From: a candidate division WOR-3 bacterium | Lineage (GTDB): Bacteria > SDB-A | Assembly: GCA_016934535.1 (NCBI GenBank) | Contig: JAFGSQ010000042.1 | Coordinates: 1 to 46,480, forward strand | Length of the DNA: 46,480 nucleotides | Direction of reading: 5' to 3' | Shown: positions 36,601 to 45,063 of the stretch, piece after piece | Numbering within the stretch: the stretch's first letter is position 1 | How the letters are laid out: each line of letters opens with the position of its first letter | Program-made: the position numbers and the translations under genes | The notes under the pieces: model-generated | Database searches by the model: none | What the model was told of the DNA's origin: nothing | Seen by the model: the letters and a program-made list of their open reading frames with translations, nothing else

Positions 36601-39600
36601 CTAATAGCTGATTTCAGCCACATATTTGACTTTGCCTCCGTATTCGATAATACTCTCTATCTCGCTAACAAGAGATTTGTCGAAACAGACGCCCAAGTCG
36701 CTTTTTAGTTTGATTCTCCTGTTCCTTTCTTTAATCAGAAAAAACACTTTGTATTCTCCCGAATGAAGATCTATCGCATCTTTTATGTCTTTCAGCACCT
36801 GGTCTCTTACTTCGCCTTCCTTCAGTTCTATTTCCAGGCTTTTTATACATTCCGACAAAGCCTCGTCGACAACCCTTATTTCGTCGGCGTAAAGAATTCT
36901 GTTTCCATCGACGTTCTTCAATTCGCCTTTGACGGCCAAAAGTTTACCTACATGTTTGTTAATCCAGTTTTTAGGTTCTTTGCTCATTTTATCGCTTAAG
37001 AATACATCGAGTTTAGTGTTTTTTTCTTCGAGAGTCAGATTGACACCTTCCTTTACATTTTCGGCTTTCATCAACAATCCGGCAACGAAACACCCGTTGT
37101 TGCCGTTTCTGATGAAATCCCCCAATCCGTATAATCCCCGGAAACTTATGAATTTTTTGTATTCGTCCAAGGGATGAACATCGAAACTGAAACCGAATGC
37201 TTCGTTCTCCGCCTCAAGTTTTTCTTTATAAGTCCAGGCGCTTCCTGTCATTTTGTCTTTGTCAATGTCAATGAGCTCATTTTCGCTGAAAAGCGCCATC
37301 TGACCCATGAGGATCTGTTTTTTTTTCGAAGAAGCTCTTTCAAAACCCTCCTCTATTGAGTCGAGCAGTTTCTTTCTGTCAAGATTTATCTCGTCGAAAG
37401 CTCCTGCTTTCACGAGAAACTCGACGGTTCTTTTTGTCGCCGAGTTGAAACTTATTCTGCCGAGGAAATCATCGAAGCTTTTAAACGATCCGCTTTTTTC
37501 CCTTTCAGAGACAATTTCGTGAGCAGCTTTTTCACCGACGTTTTTTATCGCTCCGAGAGCGTATCGCACTCCTTTTTTCTCGACCAGAAAATTTACCCCC
37601 GAATGATTTACGGAAGGAGGAAATATTTTTATCTTTAATCGCCTCGCTTCATCAATGAATTCGGCTATTTTATCGGTGTTTGAAATTTCAGTGGTCAGTG
37701 TAGCCGCAAGAAATTCAACTGGAAAATGCGTTTTCATATAAGCAGTATAATACGCGAGAAAAGCGTAACCGGCTCCGTGCGATTTGTTGAAACCATAACC
37801 GGCGAATGGTTCTATCATTTCCCATATACCCTGAGCTGTCTTAGCGTTGATAGATCTTTCCTGCGCTCCTTTCAAAAAGTTCTCTTTTTCGCTTTCCATC
37901 ACTTCTCTCTTTTTTTTACCCATGGCTCTTCGGAGGATGTCTGCTTTTCCAAGATTGTAACCGGCCACAGCACTTGTGATCTGCATGACCTGTTCCTGGT
38001 AGATAGGTATTCCGTAAGTTTCTTCCAGAATGTCTTTGAGGGATTCGTGTAAATAGTCCGATTTTTCCTTTTTGTTTTTCCTTGCAATGAATTTGTCTAT
38101 GTGATCCATCGGACCCGGCCTGTATAGAGATATAATTGCTATTATTTCCTGAAGTGATTTCGGCTTCAGCTGAACGCACAGATTTTTCATTCCCCTTGAT
38201 TCAAGCTGGAAAATGCCTTTTGTCTCACCCGAAGAAAGAAGTTGAAACGTTCTTTTATCGTCGAGAGGGAGTGTTTCGACGTCGACGGTTTCTCCCCTCG
38301 TTTCGCTGACGAGCTCAACCGTTCTCTCAATGGCAGTGAGAGCGGTCAAGCCGAGTATGTCGACTTTAATAAGGCCGACATCGGTTATCGAATCCATGTC
38401 GAACTGGCAGACGATCTGTCCGAACTTGTCTTTCCTGAGAGGAACAAAATCTGTAAGGTTGCCTGGAGCTATTATAAAACCGGCCGCGTGAATTCCAGGT
38501 TGTCTTTTCAACCCTTCAAGTTTAGAGGCAATCTGAATGAGTCTTTCAAGCCTTTTGTCTGAATCCACTTTGTCCTTGAAGCCGCTCTGATTGCCTGAAT
38601 AAATCCACTCGACATCGGAACGAGGATCATCCGAAGGTTTGTCTATGAAATACGTCTCCGGCATTTTCGATGAAAGCTCATCAATCTCCTTGGGAGTCAA
38701 ACCCAGGACTTTCGCAACGTCTCTTACCACCTGTCTCGCGCCAAGGCTCGCGGCAGTGCCAATGTAACAGACAGCGTCCTCCCCGAATCTCCTGACCATA
38801 TATTCTATAACCATGTTACGTTTGTCGTCGGCAAAATCCAGATCTATGTCGGGGGCCGTTATCCTTTCCGGGTTTAAAAACCTTTCGAACAGAAGACCGT
38901 AATTCATCGGATTTATCGTCACTATATCGAGGCAGTAAAGGACCATGCTTCCGACGGCTGATCCCCTTCCGGGGCCGACGCTGATTTTCATTTTTTTAGC
39001 TTCTCTTACAATATCGGCAATTATGAGGAAATATCCTGCATACCCTGTTTGTGAAATCACATCGAGCTCAGCTGTTATTCTTTTTCCTGCTTCATCGGGA
39101 ACTCCGGATAGAAATCTTTTTTTAGCGCCTTCCCAAGTCAGGTGTTTCAGAAATTCCATCGGGGTGTCAAACCCTTCGGGAATTTTAAAGTCAGGCAGTC
39201 TCGGTGAGTCAGGATACAGTTTCATCTCAAAGTGACATTTTTCCGCTATTTTTACCGTGTTTTCAAGCGCTTCAGGATACTCTTTGAACAATTCGTACAT
39301 TTCTTCCTGTGTCCTGAAATATATGCCCTTGGGACTCGTCAGTCTGTCTTTGTCCTCAAATGTCTTTTTTGTGTTAACGCAAAGAAGAGCTTCGTGAGCA
39401 AGATGATCTTCCTTATCCAGGAAGTGTATATCGTTCGTCGCCACTATACCGACACCGGTTTTTTTAGCCAGTTCGACTTGCGATCTGTTCAGGAATTCGT
39501 TTTCAGAAATCCCTATGTCCATTAATTCAAGAAAAAAATCACCTTTGAAAATCTCAGAATAGATTCCAGCGAATTTCATCGCCCCGGTCTCGTCGCCGGC

Positions 39601-40044
39601 CAGAATTCTTCTCGGAATTTCTCCGCTCATGCATCCTCCGAGAGCTATCAGACCTTCCGAATACTTTTCGAGAATTTCAGTATCAATTCTCGCTCTGCCC
39701 CAGTAATATCCGTCGAGGAAGCCTATGGAAGAAAGTTTGACGAGGTTTCTGTATCCCTGTTCGTTTCTGCACAAAAGAGTCAGGTGTCTGAATTCGGAAA
39801 TTCTGCTCTTAGCGGACACGCCTCCGGGGTCAACGTAGGATTCCATTCCAATTATGGGCTTTATTCCTTCCTTCTTGCACGTCTTGTAGAATTCCACGGC
39901 TCCGGACATGTTGCCGTGATCCGTTATGGCTATCGCTTTCATTTTCAAAGCAGACGCCTTCTTCACCAGTTTTTTTATTGAAATAGCTCCGTCGAGAAAA
40001 CTGTAATCTGAATGAACATGAAGATGAACAAAGTCTTTTGCCAT
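36601..40044 (-). CDS. dnaE: DNA polymerase III alpha subunit
   Basis: FVHLHVHSDYS PHP domain, GPGRGSA, FERFLNPER, PDIDLDF, GFNKSH, clamp-binding-like QMALF. Confidence 0.97.
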   Translation of the reverse strand: MAKDFVHLHVHSDYSFLDGAISIKKLVKKASALKMKAIAITDHGNMSGAVEFYKTCKKEGIKPIIGMESYVDPGGVSAKSRISEFRHLTLLCRNEQGYRNLVKLSSIGFLDGYYWGRARIDTEILEKYSEGLIALGGCMSGEIPRRILAGDETGAMKFAGIYSEIFKGDFFLELMDIGISENEFLNRSQVELAKKTGVGIVATNDIHFLDKEDHLAHEALLCVNTKKTFEDKDRLTSPKGIYFRTQEEMYELFKEYPEALENTVKIAEKCHFEMKLYPDSPRLPDFKIPEGFDTPMEFLKHLTWEGAKKRFLSGVPDEAGKRITAELDVISQTGYAGYFLIIADIVREAKKMKISVGPGRGSAVGSMVLYCLDIVTINPMNYGLLFERFLNPERITAPDIDLDFADDKRNMVIEYMVRRFGEDAVCYIGTAASLGARQVVRDVAKVLGLTPKEIDELSSKMPETYFIDKPSDDPRSDVEWIYSGNQSGFKDKVDSDKRLERLIQIASKLEGLKRQPGIHAAGFIIAPGNLTDFVPLRKDKFGQIVCQFDMDSITDVGLIKVDILGLTALTAIERTVELVSETRGETVDVETLPLDDKRTFQLLSSGETKGIFQLESRGMKNLCVQLKPKSLQEIIAIISLYRPGPMDHIDKFIARKNKKEKSDYLHESLKDILEETYGIPIYQEQVMQITSAVAGYNLGKADILRRAMGKKKREVMESEKENFLKGAQERSINAKTAQGIWEMIEPFAGYGFNKSHGAGYAFLAYYTAYMKTHFPVEFLAATLTTEISNTDKIAEFIDEARRLKIKIFPPSVNHSGVNFLVEKKGVRYALGAIKNVGEKAAHEIVSEREKSGSFKSFDDFLGRISFNSATKRTVEFLVKAGAFDEINLDRKKLLDSIEEGFERASSKKKQILMGQMALFSENELIDIDKDKMTGSAWTYKEKLEAENEAFGFSFDVHPLDEYKKFISFRGLYGLGDFIRNGNNGCFVAGLLMKAENVKEGVNLTLEEKNTKLDVFLSDKMSKEPKNWINKHVGKLLAVKGELKNVDGNRILYADEIRVVDEALSECIKSLEIELKEGEVRDQVLKDIKDAIDLHSGEYKVFFLIKERNRRIKLKSDLGVCFDKSLVSEIESIIEYGGKVKYVAEISY

Positions 40045-40878
40045 TTATTGTTCTTTCTTTTTCACTCTCAATTTGATTATCTTTTGTCTTGTAGCATCAA
40101 TAACTTCGAATTCGAGATTGCCGTCGGAAAATTTTTCACCTTTTTTGGGTATTTTTTCCTGTTTGTCGAGAACGAATCCCCCTACTGTGTTGTAATCTTC
40201 TGATTCGAGATTTAAGTTCAGCAGATCATTGAAATCGGAGAATTCCATCCGCGCGTTCACAAGATAAGAACCGTCCTCCTCCACAGAGAAATCTTCCTCT
40301 TCCTGTTCCCTCGTGTCTTCTATCTCCCCAATTATCTCTTCAACAAGGTCTTCAAGGGTCACAATTCCGCAGACCCCGCCGTATTCATCGACCACCATGG
40401 CAATTGAAAGATGCCTTTCCTGAAGGTCTTTTATTGTTTCCAGAACCGTTTTACTTTCCGGAATAAAATGAGGCAGACATGCAAAATCTATCGCTTTGTA
40501 AGGAGTTTCAAGAATTTCGTGCAGAAAAGGTATGACATCTTTTATTTTCAATATGCCCACTACGTCGTCAATGGTGTCCCCGTAAAGGGGTATTTTGCCG
40601 AAACGGTGAAGTGTGTACGCTTCTATTATTTCGTCTATTCCTGCCGTCGCAGGCAGAAAAACAGTTTCAACTCTCGGCACCATGATTTCCTCGACTCTTG
40701 TGCTCGTCAGATACATTACGCCCTTCAGAATGTCGGCCTCGGCTTCCGATATGATACCTGATTCTTTCCCTTTGTTTATTACGGTTTCGGCTTCTTTTTC
40801 CTTGTTTTCTTTTCTGTTCTTTATCAGTTCTCTAATAAATTCAATTATTTTTTTTCGTTTATTTGATTCTCCGTTCAT
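40045..40878 (-). CDS. corC: CBS-pair + CorC_HlyC domain protein (no DUF21 membrane domain)
   Basis: IMVPR, VVDEYGG..GIVTLEDLVEEIIGEI, YNTVGGFV. Confidence 0.8.
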   Translation of the reverse strand: MNGESNKRKKIIEFIRELIKNRKENKEKEAETVINKGKESGIISEAEADILKGVMYLTSTRVEEIMVPRVETVFLPATAGIDEIIEAYTLHRFGKIPLYGDTIDDVVGILKIKDVIPFLHEILETPYKAIDFACLPHFIPESKTVLETIKDLQERHLSIAMVVDEYGGVCGIVTLEDLVEEIIGEIEDTREQEEEDFSVEEDGSYLVNARMEFSDFNDLLNLNLESEDYNTVGGFVLDKQEKIPKKGEKFSDGNLEFEVIDATRQKIIKLRVKKKEQ

Positions 40879-41552
40879 GTCTCGGTCCCTTTTTCATCCT
40901 CTCTTATTTTTATGTTTTTTCTGGGCGTGATTATGCCCCCTGAAACAACCACTCTGATCCCCTCCTCAATAGTCAGTTCTGTCATCTTTATTTCCTCCTC
41001 GGGAAGCAGGAGATAAAAACCTGAAGTCGGATTCGGCGTCGTGGGCACAAACACCGACCCGAGATTTGTTTTTTTTCCGTCTTCGGAACATTTTTCAACC
41101 CACGATTTAGTGTTGGTCAAAAATCCTAACGACCAGCATCCCGTTCTGGGATATTCTATCATGACAACTTTCTGAAAAGCTCTTTTGTCGAGAAAAAATG
41201 TTTCGGTAAGCTCTTTCACTCCGTTGTAAATAATCTTTATGAGCGGCAGTTTTGTCATGAGGGCATTAGTCCATCTGATTAAAATCTTGCCTATGAATGT
41301 TCTCGCGACGACTCCGGTTATAAATATAAATGCGACCAGTAATATAAAACCCATCAGGTCCTCGACCAATCTGGGAAAAGGAAGATACCTTGCGAAAGGT
41401 TCCAATACAGTCCCGCCAATCTCGATGATGAACTTGAACACGAAAACAGTCAGACCTATCGGAAGAAGAGTCACCACTCCCGTAATAAAAATATTCCTGA
41501 TTTTGGCTTTAAATCCATGCCTGGAACGAGGCAATCCGTCTCGATCGTCCAT
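40875..41552 (-). CDS. DUF502-family membrane protein
   Basis: FITGVVTLLPI.LT, IEYPR.G.W.LGF.T, VFVPTTPNPTSGF, VVSGG. Confidence 0.85.
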   Translation of the reverse strand: MDDRDGLPRSRHGFKAKIRNIFITGVVTLLPIGLTVFVFKFIIEIGGTVLEPFARYLPFPRLVEDLMGFILLVAFIFITGVVARTFIGKILIRWTNALMTKLPLIKIIYNGVKELTETFFLDKRAFQKVVMIEYPRTGCWSLGFLTNTKSWVEKCSEDGKKTNLGSVFVPTTPNPTSGFYLLLPEEEIKMTELTIEEGIRVVVSGGIITPRKNIKIREDEKGTET

Positions 41553-41556
41553 GACT

Positions 41557-42174
41557 TTATTTCAAAATGCGGAGCCAGTCGTGCATCAAAAAATAAAACC
41601 TTCCTATCAACAGGGATATTCTTGCCATCACAGTGTATCCGAATGACGCACCGAATGTGATCATAAGAAAAATCATACCTGTTCTCGCTCCCGCTCTGAA
41701 AAGCCATTTATGCTCTATGGAGAAAAAGAAATAGAAAAGACCTGTGGCCGTACCGACGAGAAGAAGTATCTCGCCTGCGGAAGAAAATAAGTTTCCGTTC
41801 CACAGCGGGACAATGGCTGAATAAACCTGTTCGTAAAGATTCGATTTCAGAAACGTAACGAAGCCGTAGCCGGCTCCTATTCCGACAACAAAAGCAATTG
41901 AGATGTGAGAAAACCACCTTGTTTTATCAAAAAGCTGAAGGATAATGAACAGAGAAAGGGCTGCGGGAAATACGTAAAGAAGATTTCCTCCCCTGAGAGG
42001 CATTATCAGATTTGGAACCACGACGTCGTGCCAGCCCTGAACCAGCAAGTAGCCCGCTGATACTCCGACGTAGATCGATTCGGCAATTTTGTAAAAAACG
42101 TTGTCTTTGTACAAAAAACTGAATATCGCGAGAGTCAGAAAACCCGCGATCCAGATCCCAACCGTCTCAGTCAA
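41557..42174 (-). CDS. Conserved hypothetical polytopic membrane protein (cassette gene 4)
   Basis: TTG start overlapping the upstream stop; about 6 hydrophobic segments; SFLYKDN motif; three GxxxGY motifs. Confidence 0.8.
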   Translation of the reverse strand: MTETVGIWIAGFLTLAIFSFLYKDNVFYKIAESIYVGVSAGYLLVQGWHDVVVPNLIMPLRGGNLLYVFPAALSLFIILQLFDKTRWFSHISIAFVVGIGAGYGFVTFLKSNLYEQVYSAIVPLWNGNLFSSAGEILLLVGTATGLFYFFFSIEHKWLFRAGARTGMIFLMITFGASFGYTVMARISLLIGRFYFLMHDWLRILK

Positions 42175-43003
42175 TTTTTTTCCCTCTCTTCTGTATGAAA
42201 TAAATTACGTTGCCGAATAAAATAAAAGCTATTATGCATATATGCGCTATCGACTGCGCGTCCATTCCGCTCGACGCCATGCCGGGACTATCGAGAAGCT
42301 GTTCGTAATCCGCCGCTCCTGCCATCCCTCCGATTAGACCGATAAGTTGACCCGAATTGAAATACGGAGAATACGCCGGCGCGCTGACCGCTGTGCAACC
42401 GGCTATAATATTTTTTCCGTATTTATCCTTGCCTATCTGAACCCAACCAATCACACCGGGATCTCCGGCCGACAATGTAACTATCACGGCGATTTTGTCG
42501 AGATTGAAATTGACTTCTTTAAGGACCTCAATGTCTTTTGTGCTTCTGCCCGTCAAATCTCTGGGACACGTTTTTTTTATGTCTCCAGCAATATTGTCAA
42601 TCGCGACAACTCCCCCCGACTTATATCCCAGGTTGACGAAATTTATCCACCGTTCCTTGTCGTATTTTAGCGCCGCTTCATTGAGCGCGTTTTCCGCGAA
42701 TCTCACTCCCTGGGGCCACAGGGCGACCGTTATGACGTTAACGTTTTTTGAAAATGCATGCTCAATAATCGATTTACCCATAGGATATAATTCAGGCGCT
42801 GCGGCAGGATCAAAATCGAAGGAAACAAGTATGATAGAATTTTCGGGCAGGCTGTCTATGAAAGCGAAGGAAGAATAAACCGCCTTGGAATCCTCCTTGT
42901 CGACAATTATCGGTATCCGGAGAGGAAAGAGAAGCGGAACAACTACAGCGAGCGCTATGAAAAGAAATATTATCCTTCTGTCAAGTTCGAATATTTTCTT
43001 CAA
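42167..43003 (-). CDS. Conserved hypothetical membrane-anchored alpha/beta protein (cassette gene 3), probable distant paralogue of the DUF6754-like domain
   Basis: N- and C-terminal TM helices; NLGYKSG, GCTAVSAP, SGQLIGLIGGMAGAADYE, MDAQS. Confidence 0.8.
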   Translation of the reverse strand: MKKIFELDRRIIFLFIALAVVVPLLFPLRIPIIVDKEDSKAVYSSFAFIDSLPENSIILVSFDFDPAAAPELYPMGKSIIEHAFSKNVNVITVALWPQGVRFAENALNEAALKYDKERWINFVNLGYKSGGVVAIDNIAGDIKKTCPRDLTGRSTKDIEVLKEVNFNLDKIAVIVTLSAGDPGVIGWVQIGKDKYGKNIIAGCTAVSAPAYSPYFNSGQLIGLIGGMAGAADYEQLLDSPGMASSGMDAQSIAHICIIAFILFGNVIYFIQKRGKKID

Positions 43004-43614
43004 TTCAGGTATGACCTTTCAATGCCGAATATTATCCTCAGTGACGTAGCTATAACGCCCAGAGCGGCGCCGATCATTATTGCTCTCTGCCCAGCAGTGT
43101 TTGGAATTTCCATTATCCAGGCCTGCGCCGCCGGAAGATACGAAAAAATTATTTTTCCTATGGGTACCCTTCCGAGCATAACTATTATCGCTGCTGTCAG
43201 CAGGAGGCCTGCTTCGAGATTCCTCGCTCTGAATGCGCGAAAAGACGCCGATGCGACAAAAAAAGCAAGAAGAGAGAACATCGTCGCATTCAACGGAGTG
43301 TAAAAATGCCTGAAAATAAAATCAAACGCCGAGCCTTCCTCCATACCTCCTCCCCATCCTGCAAATACGGTGACTAGAAGCGTGAAAATAATGACGGCGG
43401 AATAAAACCAACCCCTCCTCTTTTTCATCATCTTCAGGAAATTCACTTTCAGAAGGTTCAAAATCCCCAATATCATTGCAAAGACCGCGACGACCATGTA
43501 CCAATTCTTGAGAGTGTTGGCCGCCTCTCCAACCGGGTAACGAGGAACGAAAAACGACGCGATTATAATCATCCCGCTGACGAATGTTATTGCGAGCGGT
43601 ACGTATCTTTTCAT
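43000..43614 (-). CDS. Conserved hypothetical polytopic membrane protein (cassette gene 2)
   Basis: About 6 hydrophobic segments; TMFSLLAFFVASASFRAFR and GQRAIMIG..LG...SLRIIFGIER; ATGA overlap with the next gene. Confidence 0.8.
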   Translation of the reverse strand: MKRYVPLAITFVSGMIIIASFFVPRYPVGEAANTLKNWYMVVAVFAMILGILNLLKVNFLKMMKKRRGWFYSAVIIFTLLVTVFAGWGGGMEEGSAFDFIFRHFYTPLNATMFSLLAFFVASASFRAFRARNLEAGLLLTAAIIVMLGRVPIGKIIFSYLPAAQAWIMEIPNTAGQRAIMIGAALGVIATSLRIIFGIERSYLN

Positions 43615-43632
43615 GTTAAAAAACCGCCTTTG

Positions 43633-44940
43633 TTATCCCGTAAAAAAAATATTTTTAATAATATTTACCCCGAACGAAGCGAGAATACTGCCTGCGACGA
43701 TAGCCGCTATTGCGGCGGCTTTTCCGAAATCCTGCGCCTTCAGACTTCCGATCAAGTGAGGATCGTTCGACATGTAGGCGCTGGCGGCGAAAAATTCTTC
43801 GCCGATTAAAGTGTAGTCGCAAGCCGCAACAAAAAAGGGCAGTTGTGAAGGGTCGGCGGTCCCCGATATCTGTATGGCTCCAATTGAATGTCCGGTTTCA
43901 GCCAATATCAGGGATTCGGCATAAAAATGACCCATAAGAAAAACAGTGGCCGGTTTCTCTCTGACCATTATTCCGTCAACCGCGGCCGCGTATCCGAATT
44001 GATCACCGGTAAGATAGAAAACCGAATTTTCATCGTAGGAGTCCGGTCTACCTTCCTGAATGTATGCCTGTCTGACTATTTCTTTTGCCGTGTTGTAAGC
44101 TACAGGGGCGATGGAAGGAACAGACAATTTGCTCTCATAATTAGCCACTCTTCTTGCGACTCTGCCGAGAATTATCATTCCCGCAATGGTTTGAACATCA
44201 TCCATGTCCATTATACCTGGGATGAACAACACATCCTTACCCATCTCGGTGGCTCTGCCGATGGCTTCGTCGACGGCATCAATTCCGCTCAGTTTTCTTA
44301 TGAAATACTTCTTTCCTCTGCCGGCGCTTCTTATGAAAAAAATGAGAAAAAAAGTAAATATAAGGCTTCCAGCAAACATCGAAATGCTCGACTTGGAAAA
44401 CCACGGTTTGTAATAGCTCATTTTTTCAGATTCGGCAGAAGTCAGGTTATGGTGTCCGTCAAAACAAGCAATAGCAAAATAACTGTATTTTTTTCCTTCG
44501 AGAATGTCTTCGTCTGCGTAAAGAGACGAATCCATCTTTAAAGAAACCGTGTCATTTCCGCACACTTTAAAAAGCATGACACTGTCGGGATAGATCCATT
44601 CTCTTCTGCCGTCTTTCACTGGGGGAAGTTCTGTGTAAATTCCCGTGCTGTCCAAACCGAATATCCCGTATGATATCTCAAACCTGAAAGTGCCGCTTTG
44701 TTCCGAAGAAAACTTCGCGGTTTCTATCTTGATTACTGAAGGAAAATTCCTCAAACAAAGTGTGTCGTCATAAAAAGGGATTTCAGTGATCCCGTCAGTT
44801 TCCTCTTCTTCCCGCGCCTCCTGAGAAGCTGAAACAGCAGTTTCCCGTTGAGCTGGAACGATTATTTTTGAAACAAAAAATGAAACTGCCGACGACAACA
44901 AAAAAAGGAACAGCAATAAAACGCCTATTGTTTTCGACAT
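43633..44940 (-). CDS. Membrane protein with FN3-like extracytoplasmic region and C-terminal DUF6754-like domain (cassette gene 1)
   Basis: N-terminal hydrophobic segment, YADEDILEGKKYSYFAIA (FN3-like), TM, then IRKLSGIDAVDEAIGRATEMG...LIGEEFFAASAY...SLKAQD. Family name recalled from the motif, not searched. Confidence 0.75.
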   Translation of the reverse strand: MSKTIGVLLLFLFLLSSAVSFFVSKIIVPAQRETAVSASQEAREEEETDGITEIPFYDDTLCLRNFPSVIKIETAKFSSEQSGTFRFEISYGIFGLDSTGIYTELPPVKDGRREWIYPDSVMLFKVCGNDTVSLKMDSSLYADEDILEGKKYSYFAIACFDGHHNLTSAESEKMSYYKPWFSKSSISMFAGSLIFTFFLIFFIRSAGRGKKYFIRKLSGIDAVDEAIGRATEMGKDVLFIPGIMDMDDVQTIAGMIILGRVARRVANYESKLSVPSIAPVAYNTAKEIVRQAYIQEGRPDSYDENSVFYLTGDQFGYAAAVDGIMVREKPATVFLMGHFYAESLILAETGHSIGAIQISGTADPSQLPFFVAACDYTLIGEEFFAASAYMSNDPHLIGSLKAQDFGKAAAIAAIVAGSILASFGVNIIKNIFFTG

Positions 44941-44948
44941 ATAAAATT

Positions 44949-44977
44949 AGAATATTTTAAAACAAATCCACAGTCAA
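44949..44977 (-). promoter_or_regulatory. Putative sigma70 promoter heading the four-gene cassette (near-leaderless)
   Basis: TTGACT (44977-44972), N17, TATTCT (44954-44949), 8 nt before the ATG; no Shine-Dalgarno. Confidence 0.55.
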
Positions 44978-45063
44978 GCAATTAATTGACCGGCTTCACA
45001 AGACCACGATTCTCAGATAATTAAATGTCGGCAGATTTTTATACTCTTATTCTTCAGTCTCGC

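Noticed and set aside
29131..40044. Inteins or introns in nrdJ, nrdD or dnaE (common hosts)
   Set aside because: Protein lengths are normal, motifs are contiguous, and no C...HN/C-S-T splice junctions or LAGLIDADG blocks were seen.
43888..44541. 217-aa plus-strand ORF and the many other 60-180 aa ORFs nested in or antisense to called genes
   Set aside because: They overlap well-supported genes and lack independent coding signals.
44973..44990. GTCAA-N8-TTGAC inverted repeat containing the palindrome CAATTAATTG next to the cassette -35
   Set aside because: Short, AT-rich, partly explained by the -35 hexamer, and not matching a regulator consensus I can name (not a Rex box).
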